Source of the DNA: an uncultured Bacilli bacterium
Lineage (GTDB): Bacteria; Bacillota_I; Bacilli_A; RF39; UBA660
Length of the DNA: 52,163 nucleotides
Direction: 5' to 3'
Assembly: GCA_947628375.1 (NCBI GenBank)
Contig: CANQZQ010000001.1
Coordinates: forward strand, 1-52,163
Under the pieces are notes generated by a model, which was given only the letters and a program-made list of their open reading frames with translations, did no database searches and was not told where the DNA came from. Positions 35,946-44,428 of the stretch are shown one piece after another. Position 1 is the first letter of the stretch; the number at the start of each line of letters is the position of its first letter. The translations under genes and the position numbers were made by a program.

Positions 35946-37127
35946 TTACACATCCTCTTCCTCTGATGCTAATTCGTCCTCGTTTATTGCCTTTTGAGCT
36001 TCGATTTCCGCATAATACTCTTCAAAATCATTGTCCGCAAGTTCAATATTTTGATCAAAGCTTTCTTCCATTTCTTTTTGAATTTGAATTTTTTTAATAG
36101 CATCTTCAATTTGTTGACCAAAACCTAAGTCTTGAGTTACTAATTTTTGAACATAATCATTCATATCTTTTAAAGTGGCATCAACTTTATCTTGTGGTAC
36201 ATCTACTACATATCTAGGAATAAAGCCATCTCTTTCACACATAGTAATTAATTCACCAACAGAATCAACAAATTCATCTTTATTTTCTTTATTCTGTGCA
36301 GCAGTAAATTTTGCGGATTTTCTTAAATCGTTATATATTTTTGAATATTTTTGAAATCCCTCTATATCACCGCAATCAATAGCTTGGTTCATTTTTAAAT
36401 ATGTTTTACAAATTGTTATTAAAGTATTATCAGTATCTGCATCTTGAATATCGAAAGATTTTTTCATAGAGTCATAATTTTTTTCTAACTCTACTCATTC
36501 AGATGGCTTATAAAATCTTCCTCATTTCATAGCAAGATAGATTTTTTCATCATCTGTTAAATCTTCACCTAAATCTATTAATAGAGATTCGTCAATGAAA
36601 TCATCTGGATTTCCAAAAGGATTTTCCGCAGCTGAAGTTACTGCGGGAACCGCATAAACTAAATTTTTATTTTGTGTCTCTGTGCTAACTAATGTCTTAT
36701 ATTCAGCTTCAGAAATCTCCCCATTATCTAGCTGTTGTTTTAAATGTTCTTCGTATTTTTCACGCTCTGCCGCAACTGCTTTTTGTTTTTCTTCATTTAA
36801 CGCTTGTAGCTTTTCTGAGTCTGCTCATGTATATTGTTTCCATTGTTTTAACTTCATTTTAGATAAATATTTACCAAAAACAGATGTTCCATTTAAATTT
36901 GGATTTTTTGCAAAAGCTCTATCTCTTAAAACATTCCATTCTTCAGGAATATAAGGGACATCCATATCTTTTAATATTCATAAAAAAGTTTCTGGGTTAA
37001 AATTATCAATATGCATTGTTAGACATTTTTTACATAAATCTGCTTTAGATCCATCTCTTCTTTGATAGAATTGAGCATCTTCATCAAGCGCGCGTCCGCA
37101 TTTTAAGCATGTTTTTAAATTGCCCAT
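35946..37127 (-). CDS. Zn-ribbon protein upstream of terL, candidate small terminase/packaging accessory protein, 393 aa
   Basis: Track ORF 35946..36467 extends upstream through five TGA codons to ATG 37125-37127 (frame checked). N-terminal CLKCG...CKKC motif and an acidic C-terminus. Confidence 0.45.
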
Positions 37128-37133
37128 ATTATA

Positions 37134-38213
37134 TTACCTCTCTTTTTTATTTCTACATGCTTTGCATATAGAATATCAACCATCTTTTGATGTATTATTT
37201 TTTGAGAAGAACCGATTATGAGCTAATTTAACTTGTCCGCACCTAGAACATTTTTTCCATTTCCCATATTCTTTATAAGTATAATATCATATTAAATAAT
37301 TTTCTTTAGCCTTGTCCGCAATCATTTTTGGAATTTTATTACGCCACAATGAAGATAAATATTCCACAGTATAAGTAATATTAAATTCATCTTTTAATAA
37401 TTGTTGGATTTCCGCATTTGACTTTCCATCTATTTTATAAATTACTAATTTATAATATAGTGGATAATTTTCTTTTAGAGTGTCATCTACAAGATCGTCT
37501 AAATCTTCCATAAGGTATCAAAAATCTCAAGTAAATTTTCCTCAGCAATCTTCTTTTAAAGCAGAATAATTACAAAGTAATGCGCAAATATGTTCTGGAT
37601 TAAAAAATGATACTAAACAATCACTAGCTGGTTCTCCATTTTCATCGATTGTAATATTTTCATCTAATTTAGTTTTTGTTAAATTTTTTACACTTGCCGC
37701 ACTAGGCATTGCAGGTTTGTACGAATCTTTTATTACGTATTGCTCTTGATGCATTTCTATTAATCATTTTTTAAGTTTAAATCTTTGTTTGCCTGTTGCC
37801 GCCTTTTCCGCCTCTTCTACTATTTGAATTGCTTCTTTTAAATCTTTTAATGCTTTTATTTCTTCTATGTCTCTATTTGTTATTTCTTTCTTTTGTGTTA
37901 ATAATGTATTTTTATTTCCTTCTTCTAATATTAAATTTCATAAGCCATCTTCGCCATTTTCAAATTTATCTACTAAAGCTTGATAAGATGTTTCTCTTTT
38001 ATTTACTGTAATCATTCTATTGTCAGTAAGAATTAATTTTTCTTTCTTTTCTTCTGGAGTCATTGCGGAAACTATATAATCAGCTAATATTTCTATATAT
38101 TTTTTACTTTTTAATTGTTCTTTGGTTAAAGTCGGTAAAAGCTCGTTCACAAAAGCTTCACGCTCTTCCGCACTTTTTAAAGAATAATCTAGCTTTTTGT
38201 AGTTAGTTTCCAT
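37134..38213 (-). CDS. first gene of the late operon: candidate sigma-like/late transcription regulator with a C-terminal Zn ribbon, 359 aa
   Basis: Fragments 37287.., 37542.. and 37938..38213 are in frame through TGA, ending at TAA 37134-37136. The segment KIDGKSNAEIQQLLKDEFNITYTVEYLSSLWRNKIPKMI resembles a sigma region-4 HTH. CSRCG...CKAC at the C-terminus. Confidence 0.4.
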
Positions 38214-38238
38214 ATAAAAGAGTCTCCTTTCTCATTTT

Positions 38239-38267
38239 TTACATCTCTATTCTACCATAAAAAATTT
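38239..38267 (-). promoter_or_regulatory. promoter of the late-operon first gene
   Basis: TTGACA-17-TAGAAT, then N4-ATGTAA. Confidence 0.65.
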
Positions 38268-38297
38268 CTTTTGTCAAGCTCACTTTAAGAATATTAT

Positions 38298-38326
38298 TTG
38301 ATTTTAACCAAAATATATATTATAAT
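38298..38326 (+). promoter_or_regulatory. divergent early promoter
   Basis: TTGATT-17-TATAAT. Confidence 0.55.
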
Positions 38327-38355
38327 TATTATATAAAATAAAAGGAATGATAATT

Positions 38356-38508
38356 ATGAGAAGAAAGAAATTAACAATTCCAACAAATTTACTACCGAAA
38401 CCAAGTAAAATTGTTAAAAGAGGAATTTATGAAATGGTTTCAAATTTAACTGGCGGCAATACTAAGCCAAGAGATTACGGTAAGCGACTAACAAAAGGCA
38501 AATACTAA
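38356..38508 (+). CDS. small basic protein, 50 aa
   Basis: ATG after AAGGAA; ends in TAA. Below the track size cutoff. Confidence 0.5.
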   Translation: MRRKKLTIPTNLLPKPSKIVKRGIYEMVSNLTGGNTKPRDYGKRLTKGKY

Positions 38509-38529
38509 AGGAGGTCATGAACCAGGTCA

Positions 38530-39396
38530 ATGTCGCTTCTGACCTGCGTTTCCGCAATGAAAGAGAAAATTTTAGATAAAGTAAAAGAACATTATGATTA
38601 CTTGTACGGGCTTGGGTATGAAGTTGTATTTACCGCGCTACAAGGTAGTCAAAATTATGGATTAGATGAATATAGTGATGAATATTACAGCGATGTTGAT
38701 ACTAAGAGTGTAGTGCTTCCTAAGTTCGCGGACTTTGTAGCAGCGAAGCCGCCTGTTTCCGCAGTTGAGATTATAAAAGATGAGCTCGGAAGGGATATTC
38801 ATGCTGAGGTAAAGGATATCCGCATTATGTTTGAAATGTTTTTGAAAGAAAATATTAGTTATATTGAGCTATTGTATAGTCAATATGTTATTGTAAATCC
38901 CAAATATAAATGGATATGAGATGAACTGATGGAATACAGAGAAGGCATTGCTTATTATGACGTTAAACAATTTGCTAAATGTATTGCGGGAATGGCTTAT
39001 GAAAAACAAAAGGCTTTATGTCATCCATATCCATCTGTGGCTAGTAAGATTGCGGCGTTCGGTTATGACGGCAAACAACTTAGCCATGCCGCGCGATTAC
39101 TTATATTTATCCATATGTGGTATGAAGGAATGACCATTGAAAAATGTTATACAGTTCCCGCAATTTTTAAAGAAGTTCTTATGAATTATAAAAAAGAAAA
39201 AGATGAGTGCGGGAATCCTATGAGCTGCGAAACCGCGGTTAAAAGAATGGATGATTATGTAAGCAAAATTAAAGCAATTAAAGATGAAATTGTAAATTCA
39301 AACGAATACGGTGTTAATGAGCGCGTTAAGAATTTTTTAGAGCGAATTAAAATTGCCGTATTGAAGCAATGGTTCCTAGAAGAATTGAAACCATGA
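38530..39396 (+). CDS. nucleotidyltransferase-fold protein (GS..YG...SD.D motif)
   Basis: Track ORFs 38530..38919 and 38929..39396 are in frame and joined by TGA at 38917. Motif LQGSQNYGLDEYSDEYYSDVDTK. Visibly more GC-rich than its neighbours. An alternative start is ATG 38557. Confidence 0.65.
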
Positions 39397-39412
39397 TAAA
39401 TAAAAATAATTG

Positions 39413-39482
39413 GAGGGTGAGAGTACCAGGCCAAACTCAAAATCGAACATTCGTTTGATTTTTTCCCAAAATCTCACCCCTT
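39413..39482 (+). terminator. compound hairpin terminator
   Basis: 8-bp outer stem gggtgaga/tctcaccc enclosing an inner hairpin and a T run. Confidence 0.5.
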
Positions 39483-39563
39483 AAAAACTTTGTAGAATAC
39501 GTTGCGTAGATTACATGTTTGCTCGGAGCGAGAACGCTTCTCAAGCTCCGCTATTTACACAAA

Positions 39564-39577
39564 CTTTACATGTAAAG
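39564..39577. promoter_or_regulatory. perfect 14-bp palindrome CTTTACATGTAAAG (operator candidate)
   Basis: Read directly. Flanked by further TTTACA-type half-sites at 39553 and 39581. Confidence 0.5.
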
Positions 39578-39670
39578 ATTTTGTAAAGCAAAAATTTGTT
39601 CGATAACAATTTAATATTATTCACAAAATTATTTAACAAAAAATAAATTAAAAAAATTTAAAAAAAACTA

Positions 39671-39699
39671 TTGACAAGTAATTATTCATGTGGTATAAT
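39671..39699 (+). promoter_or_regulatory. early promoter
   Basis: TTGACA-17-TATAAT with TG extension, then N4-ATGTAA. Confidence 0.7.
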
Positions 39700-39732
39700 A
39701 TAAATGTAAAATGAAAGAGGAGAGATGAGAAA

Positions 39733-39993
39733 ATGTTAAATAATGTAACTTTAGTTGGAAGATTAAATTGGTGTTGTGAACCTAAGAAAAGTTTTCAAAT
39801 CACAATAGAGAGTAGAGAAGAAACTATCGCAGTTGAAATCTATGCGAACGAAAGTATCTACAATGGACTTAATGATTATTGTGAAGTTGGCAATGTTATT
39901 GGTGTTAGAGGAAAAGTTGCTAAAAATGAAGATAATGAAATAATAATTCAAGCTGAAAAAGCAAGTATTTTATCTTCAACAATAAATAAATAA
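39733..39993 (+). CDS. short OB-fold, SSB-like protein, 86 aa
   Basis: N-terminus MLNNVTLVGRL resembles the start of an SSB OB fold. No acidic tail. Confidence 0.45.
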   Translation: MLNNVTLVGRLNWCCEPKKSFQITIESREETIAVEIYANESIYNGLNDYCEVGNVIGVRGKVAKNEDNEIIIQAEKASILSSTINK

Positions 39994-40010
39994 AAATTAA
40001 CAAAAAACTA

Positions 40011-40039
40011 TTGACAAATAAAAGGTTTAATGATATAAT
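40011..40039 (+). promoter_or_regulatory. early promoter
   Basis: TTGACA-17-TATAAT-N4-ATGTAA. Confidence 0.7.
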
Positions 40040-40069
40040 AATAATGTAATAAGAAAGAGAGAGATTAAA

Positions 40070-40270
40070 ATGAGTTGTTTAAAAGTATTAAATGCAAATG
40101 AAGAAGAGAAGTTCTTAGAAATGTATACAATAAGTAATTATTCTAAATGGTTAAAAGAAAATAATTATAGTTCAAGTTATGTTTCTTTAAGAAGATTTAA
40201 AGCTTATTGCTTTGCTTATGTAATTGAAAATGTATGTAATTCAATTAAAAATATTTTTGAAGAAAATTAA
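40070..40270 (+). CDS. hypothetical early protein, 66 aa
   Basis: Track ORF. Its 3' end runs into the next promoter's A/T-rich upstream element. Confidence 0.55.
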   Translation: MSCLKVLNANEEEKFLEMYTISNYSKWLKENNYSSSYVSLRRFKAYCFAYVIENVCNSIKNIFEEN

Positions 40271-40279
40271 AAAAAGTAT

Positions 40280-40308
40280 TGACAAGCTAAACAATGTATG
40301 ATATAATA
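40280..40308 (+). promoter_or_regulatory. early promoter
   Basis: TTGACA-17-TATAAT-N4-ATGTAA. Confidence 0.7.
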
Positions 40309-40340
40309 TAAATGTAAAAAGGAAAGAGAGAGATAGGTAA

Positions 40341-40511
40341 ATGAAAAAATTAGAAATTGAAAAAAGATTAGAGGAAATTGAAGACCACATCTTCTTAATT
40401 GAAATGATAGACAGATGGACAACAGAAGATGACAAATGCTTCTGCAGACTAGTTGAAGAACGCAATGACTTATTAAGTCAATTAGAAAGGTTGGTTTCAA
40501 ATGCTAACTAA
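40341..40511 (+). CDS. hypothetical early protein, 56 aa
   Basis: ATG after a purine-rich RBS. Overlaps the next gene by 11 nt. Confidence 0.5.
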   Translation: MKKLEIEKRLEEIEDHIFLIEMIDRWTTEDDKCFCRLVEERNDLLSQLERLVSNAN

Positions 40512-40836
40512 ACTAATGTATAAAATAAAAAGCAATAGAATTAATCAAGAGTTTTTTGAAAGCTTAACAACAGGAAAATGTTTTCACATTTCATTTATTG
40601 AAACTCAAGAGCAATCAATGTTAAAGCCAATTACAGATGTTAATGATTACATTGAGAGTTTAGAAAGTCAATTCTTTAAAGCTTCTTTATTAATAGATAC
40701 AACTCATTTTAAAATGTTTAAACTTGAAAGAGATAAATCTTCTAACGACTCAAAAGTTACATTGGCAAAAGTACCAAATGAATTACAAGAGAAGTTAATA
40801 GAATATTTATTTCAAGACCAAGAAGAACAAGAGTAA
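40501..40836 (+). CDS. hypothetical early protein, 111 aa
   Basis: Track ORF. Confidence 0.55.
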   Translation: MLTKLMYKIKSNRINQEFFESLTTGKCFHISFIETQEQSMLKPITDVNDYIESLESQFFKASLLIDTTHFKMFKLERDKSSNDSKVTLAKVPNELQEKLIEYLFQDQEEQE

Positions 40837-40947
40837 GACAAACACTTGTTCTTTTATTGTGGCTGGCGCGCGGGCGGCCGTCGCGCGCCGAGAGAGGCGA
40901 ACAAATGTCTGCTAGGTCTTTTGCGAACAAAAATTTGATATTCAAAG

Positions 40948-40961
40948 CGAACACTTGTTTC
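40948..40961. promoter_or_regulatory. CGAACACTTGTTTC, close match to the Gram-positive LexA (Cheo) box
   Basis: 13 of 14 positions match CGAACRNRYGTTYC. It is the third of three GCGAACA direct repeats (40897, 40923, 40947) upstream of a promoter. Confidence 0.35.
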
Positions 40962-40994
40962 CTAAAAGTTTTTTAAAAAATTTTAAAAAAAGTA

Positions 40995-41023
40995 TTGACA
41001 TTAACTACTATTGGTGGTATAAT
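40995..41023 (+). promoter_or_regulatory. early promoter
   Basis: TTGACA-17-TATAAT-N4-ATGTAA. Confidence 0.7.
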
Positions 41024-41058
41024 AAGTATGTAAGATAAAGAAAGAGAGAGAGTGGAAA

Positions 41059-41238
41059 ATGAAAAGAATTAAATGGGAAAATATTTCAGTAATGGTTATG
41101 GGGGTGCTAGATATTATGTCAGTAGTATCTCATATTAAATTAAATGGTCTTTACGCTGGGTTAGTTGGCGAGTTAGTTATTTATTTATTAATAACTTTCA
41201 GTGTCTATTACATAGTAAAAGATATTAGAAAAAATTAA
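41059..41238 (+). CDS. small membrane protein, 59 aa
   Basis: Two hydrophobic helices. Below the track cutoff. Confidence 0.5.
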   Translation: MKRIKWENISVMVMGVLDIMSVVSHIKLNGLYAGLVGELVIYLLITFSVYYIVKDIRKN

Positions 41239-41246
41239 AAAAAGTA

Positions 41247-41275
41247 TTGACATCAGGAAGTAAAAGTGCTATAAT
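41247..41275 (+). promoter_or_regulatory. early promoter
   Basis: TTGACA-17-TATAAT-N4-ATGTAA. Confidence 0.7.
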
Positions 41276-41306
41276 AATAATGTAATAAGAAAGAGAGTTG
41301 ATAAAA

Positions 41307-41498
41307 ATGACTGAAACTCAAGAACTAATTTTAGAAGACTTAGGTATTCTTTGTAGGGTATTTCCGCAACAACGCTTTGGACAAATATTTTATAACTATG
41401 TTTTGCGGTATTGTCCAGGGGCAGACCCATTCTACATTGAAGATGAAGACTTACTAAAATTATTAGAAAAAATTAAAAAAAGTGTTGACATTGAATAA
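41307..41498 (+). CDS. hypothetical early protein, 63 aa
   Basis: Track ORF 41298.. (TTG start) trimmed to the ATG. The next promoter (-35 at 41486) lies inside its last codons. Confidence 0.55.
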   Translation: MTETQELILEDLGILCRVFPQQRFGQIFYNYVLRYCPGADPFYIEDEDLLKLLEKIKKSVDIE

Positions 41499-41514
41499 CA
41501 AGTGTGTTATAATA
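41486..41514 (+). promoter_or_regulatory. early promoter
   Basis: TTGACA-17-TATAAT-N4-ATGTAA. Confidence 0.7.
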
Positions 41515-41547
41515 TAAATGTAATAAAGAAAGGGAAAGGTGATTACA

Positions 41548-41676
41548 ATGGCTATGACACCAACAAAAAGACACGCAATTCGTGCAAAATATGAGGCTGA
41601 AGCAAAAGCTCGCAAAAATGAAAGATTAGGTTTAAAACCAATTAAAGCTAATAATAAAAAAGGTAAGAGAAGATAA
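41548..41676 (+). CDS. small Lys/Arg-rich protein, 42 aa
   Basis: ATG after GGGAAAGG; ends in TAA. Confidence 0.4.
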   Translation: MAMTPTKRHAIRAKYEAEAKARKNERLGLKPIKANNKKGKRR

Positions 41677-41716
41677 TTTCTTCTCTACCTAATAAAATAG
41701 AAAGGAAATGATAAAA

Positions 41717-41866
41717 ATGGCAAAAGGAAAAGTAGTTAATAAAATAGTAGCAGATAAAAATGCGGCTCAATTCATGCGGACTGCGGCAAACCTTGTTAGA
41801 AAAGGCAAAACAAATAAAAAATTACACGGTAGAAATGCAAATCCAAGAGCTGCAAAATATAATTAA
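41717..41866 (+). CDS. small basic protein, 49 aa
   Basis: Conserved leader GGAAATGATAAAAATG; ends in TAA. Confidence 0.45.
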   Translation: MAKGKVVNKIVADKNAAQFMRTAANLVRKGKTNKKLHGRNANPRAAKYN

Positions 41867-41886
41867 GAGGGCAACCTCTTTTTTCA
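41865..41886 (+). terminator. intrinsic terminator
   Basis: aagagg-gcaa-cctctt stem followed by a T run. Confidence 0.6.
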
Positions 41887-42006
41887 TGCGTTGAGCGGCG
41901 CGCGGTCGATGGTCACGCGCCGCTTTGAGGAACGTGCGCAGCTTTACACTTTTTTACAGCGAAAATTTGTTCTATAAAAATTTTTTAAATTTCCTTAAAA
42001 AAACTA

Positions 42007-42035
42007 TTGACATTTGCTATCTATTGTTGTATAAT
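42007..42035 (+). promoter_or_regulatory. early promoter
   Basis: TTGACA-17-TATAAT-N4-ATGTAA. Confidence 0.7.
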
Positions 42036-42071
42036 ATTAATGTAATCAATAAGAAAGGGAAATGATAAAAA

Positions 42072-42815
42072 ATGATTAAACAAATTGATTTACAAAAAGA
42101 AAGATACTTAATATTTATTGATACTGAAACAATAGGTACATTAAATGTTAAAGAAAGTGTATTTCCATTTGAAATAGGCTTAAAAGTTTATGATAATGAG
42201 AATAAAAAAGTTGTTAAAGAAAAAAGTTATTTAGTGAGAAAGTTCTTTAATAATAAATTTATAATGTTATCTACATTTAGTGCTACAAAATATCCAAATT
42301 ATTTTGAAAAATTAGAAAATGATAAAAGATATAAAACTTGTAGTGTAACAGACATTGCAAAAGATATTGAAAAAATTATCGCTAGATACAACGCAAAAAT
42401 AATGGTCGCACATAATGGCGAGTTTGACAAGCAAGCTATGGCAAGATTATTTGAAGAGTTTGGAGTTGACAATCCATTTGAAAACATTGATTTATTAGAT
42501 ACTATGGAAGTATCAAGAGTAATTACATTTTCAAGAGATTATGCAAATTATTGTATAGAACATAAAGATATTTTAAACAGTGTAAAAGATAGTTGTTTTC
42601 TTACTAATAGTGGTCGAGTTAGAACAACAGCACAAGCAATTTATAGCTATGTTACTAATAACCCTGAATTTACCGAAGCTCACACAGGACTTGAAGATAT
42701 TGATATTGAAATAGCGATATTTGAAAAGTCTATGGAAATGTTAGGAAATACAATTGTTCGTTTGAATACTGCACCTACTTGGCGAGATTATTCAATAGTA
42801 TTAGAAGAAGATTAA
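42072..42815 (+). CDS. DEDDh 3'-5' exonuclease (DnaQ/RNase T-like), 247 aa
   Basis: Motifs FIDTETIG (Exo I), AHNGEFDKQ (Exo II) and HTGLEDIDIE (Exo III, H-x4-D). Confidence 0.75.
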   Translation: MIKQIDLQKERYLIFIDTETIGTLNVKESVFPFEIGLKVYDNENKKVVKEKSYLVRKFFNNKFIMLSTFSATKYPNYFEKLENDKRYKTCSVTDIAKDIEKIIARYNAKIMVAHNGEFDKQAMARLFEEFGVDNPFENIDLLDTMEVSRVITFSRDYANYCIEHKDILNSVKDSCFLTNSGRVRTTAQAIYSYVTNNPEFTEAHTGLEDIDIEIAIFEKSMEMLGNTIVRLNTAPTWRDYSIVLEED

Positions 42816-42873
42816 TCTTCTTCTAATACTTAGACAGGCGGCAGCCGGTTACTTCCTCCTTAACCCTAGCCGT

Positions 42874-42909
42874 GACGCGCATTCCACATCGGTTTCCGCG
42901 TCTTTTTTT
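42874..42909 (+). terminator. intrinsic terminator
   Basis: gacgcg/cgcgtc stem followed by T7. Confidence 0.55.
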
Positions 42910-42935
42910 ACATTGAGAAAAAATTATGATATAAT
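42907..42935 (+). promoter_or_regulatory. early promoter
   Basis: TTTACA-17-TATAAT-N4-ATGTAA. Confidence 0.65.
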
Positions 42936-42975
42936 ATAAATGTAAAAAATAAAGATAGAAAGGAAACATTAAAAC

Positions 42976-43170
42976 ATGGAAGTTTACGTTTTAATCGCTA
43001 GTGATGGCGTAATTAATGGCGTTTACTCTTCACAAGATAAATTAATAACTGACTTAACCGCATCTCTTGCAGGTATTAAAATTAAAAATATTGAAATTTG
43101 AGATACTGATAAAGGCTTTATTGATTATCTGAAGATAAACAAGAAAACCATAATTACTATTGAAAACTAG
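42976..43170 (+). CDS. small early protein, 64 aa (family C)
   Basis: Missed by the track because of an in-frame TGA at 43099. Paralogous to 43411..43650. Confidence 0.55.
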
Positions 43171-43254
43171 CGGACACAAAGACATGAACCCGAAAATGGT
43201 CATGCGGGTGTCGTTTCATTTTTATCCAGACCTCCTCAAGATTTTCTTTTAGAA

Positions 43255-43285
43255 AAAACGCGCATTTCCGCGTTTTTATTTTATC
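43255..43285 (+). terminator. intrinsic terminator
   Basis: aaaacgcg/cgcgtttt stem followed by a T-rich run. Confidence 0.55.
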
Positions 43286-43353
43286 CTGAAAGGGGGGCGC
43301 TTGCGACACGCCAGGCGACGTTGTAACTTTTTAAAAAAATTTAAAACTTTTTA

Positions 43354-43382
43354 TTGACATTAAATAATAGCTATGGTATAAT
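43354..43382 (+). promoter_or_regulatory. early promoter
   Basis: TTGACA-17-TATAAT-N4-ATGTAA. Confidence 0.7.
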
Positions 43383-43410
43383 GTTAATGTAATAAAGAAA
43401 GGGAAAGAAA

Positions 43411-43650
43411 ATGAAAATATACGTGTTATGGGATGACCGCAACTGCGGTGATAGTGAAATAATACTAGTTACCGCCGATTTAGAATTAATCAAAGCTAAA
43501 GTCAATGAAGTTTTTGATAGTGATGATGACAACCAACTACTATTCATAGAAGTATGGCAAGATAATGAAAAAGTCAGCAATGTAGAATTTGACGTTTACT
43601 GCGATATTAAAAATCATAAATACATAATTAAAAATTTTAAAGAAATTTAA
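43411..43650 (+). CDS. small early protein, 79 aa (family C)
   Basis: Track ORF. Confidence 0.6.
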   Translation: MKIYVLWDDRNCGDSEIILVTADLELIKAKVNEVFDSDDDNQLLFIEVWQDNEKVSNVEFDVYCDIKNHKYIIKNFKEI

Positions 43651-43659
43651 AAAAAGTGC

Positions 43660-43688
43660 TTGACAAGAAAAAGCAAAAGTGTTATAAT
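43660..43688 (+). promoter_or_regulatory. early promoter
   Basis: TTGACA-17-TATAAT-N4-ATGTAA. Confidence 0.7.
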
Positions 43689-43747
43689 AATAATGTAATA
43701 AAGGTTAAGCCAACCTTTATAAATAAAAGAAAGAGAGAGTGATAAAA

Positions 43748-44116
43748 ATGGCTGAAACAAAAAAAATGACAAAGAGAATGGTATTCGAGAGAGTAATCCA
43801 AGTAATCGAAACAACTGATGTTGAAGATAAGGACTTATTAATCGAAAAATTACATAATGAAATTGAATTACTAAACAAAAAAAATAATTCTTCTACCCCA
43901 ACAAAAGTACAAATCGAAAACCAAAGCATTAAAGAAAACATTATCAAAGAATTAAAAGCATTTGGTCGCCCAGCTACTGCTACTGAATTAATGGCAACTG
44001 AAACATTAAAAGGTTACTCAAACCAAAAATTAACTGCATTATTAACTCAATTAAATGATAGTGGTGCTATTAGCCGTGTTGTTGACAAGAAAAAAGCTTA
44101 TTTCTCTGCTAACTAA
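43748..44116 (+). CDS. early protein with a C-terminal winged-helix-like domain, 122 aa (family A)
   Basis: Track ORF 43739.. trimmed to the ATG. Paralogs at 44766..45164 and 50400..50750. C-terminus reads KLTALLTQLNDSGAISRVVDKKKAYFS. Confidence 0.6.
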   Translation: MAETKKMTKRMVFERVIQVIETTDVEDKDLLIEKLHNEIELLNKKNNSSTPTKVQIENQSIKENIIKELKAFGRPATATELMATETLKGYSNQKLTALLTQLNDSGAISRVVDKKKAYFSAN

Positions 44117-44139
44117 TGTTAAGGGCATTGTCCCTTAAC

Positions 44140-44428
44140 ATAAAGACTTAAAATTTTTTACCTCCTCTCTTTAAGTCTTTATGTTAGGGTGATAATGGTT
44201 GCAACCTCCTAAGGAGCTTTATGTTTTTCATCTAACCGAAAAATGAGGGTATTCGCTCACTTGAGAAGTGAAAGTAGATTTACTCCTGCTTAAAAGAGTA
44301 AAAGTCGCCACGAACTTAAAAATGGAGGCAATGTTCCATTGAATACTTGGAAAGCCTAGAGGGGTGCGGAAATTGGTCTGCACAAGTATTCAAAAATAAG
44401 GCAAACTGCAGAACGCCTTATTTTTTTG
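44140..44428 (+). ncRNA. structured non-coding trailer/candidate RNA ending in an intrinsic terminator
   Basis: No ORF in any frame, even with TGA read as Trp. Contains a series of hairpins, including a 12-bp stem at 44140-44182. Ends with an ataaggc/gccttat stem followed by T7 at 44396-44428. Confidence 0.3.

Noticed and set aside
674-37960. Plus-strand track ORFs inside the late arm (674..913, 2188..2412, 10402..10668, 11087..11296, 11529..11771, 15226..15507, 17683..17877, 23851..24138, 24953..25141, 25311..25725, 26832..27092, 30641..30886, 31256..31558, 32320..32514, 33910..34128, 36682..36954, 37796..38011)
   Set aside because: All lie antisense to long, well-supported minus-strand genes. 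They have low-complexity Leu/Ser/Phe/Ile-rich translations and no RBS. They are artefacts of AT-rich antisense frames.
39415-39479. A 65-nt element closed by an 8-bp GC-rich stem: possible suppressor tRNA
   Set aside because: No D-arm or T-arm, no GTTCRA-type T-loop and no UCA anticodon loop can be drawn. An internal T run and its position after a stop codon fit a compound terminator. The other GC-rich islands (40861, 41884, 42836, 43171, 45290, 46260, 47100, 50090, 51121) also resolve into simple hairpins. A tRNA scan should still be run.
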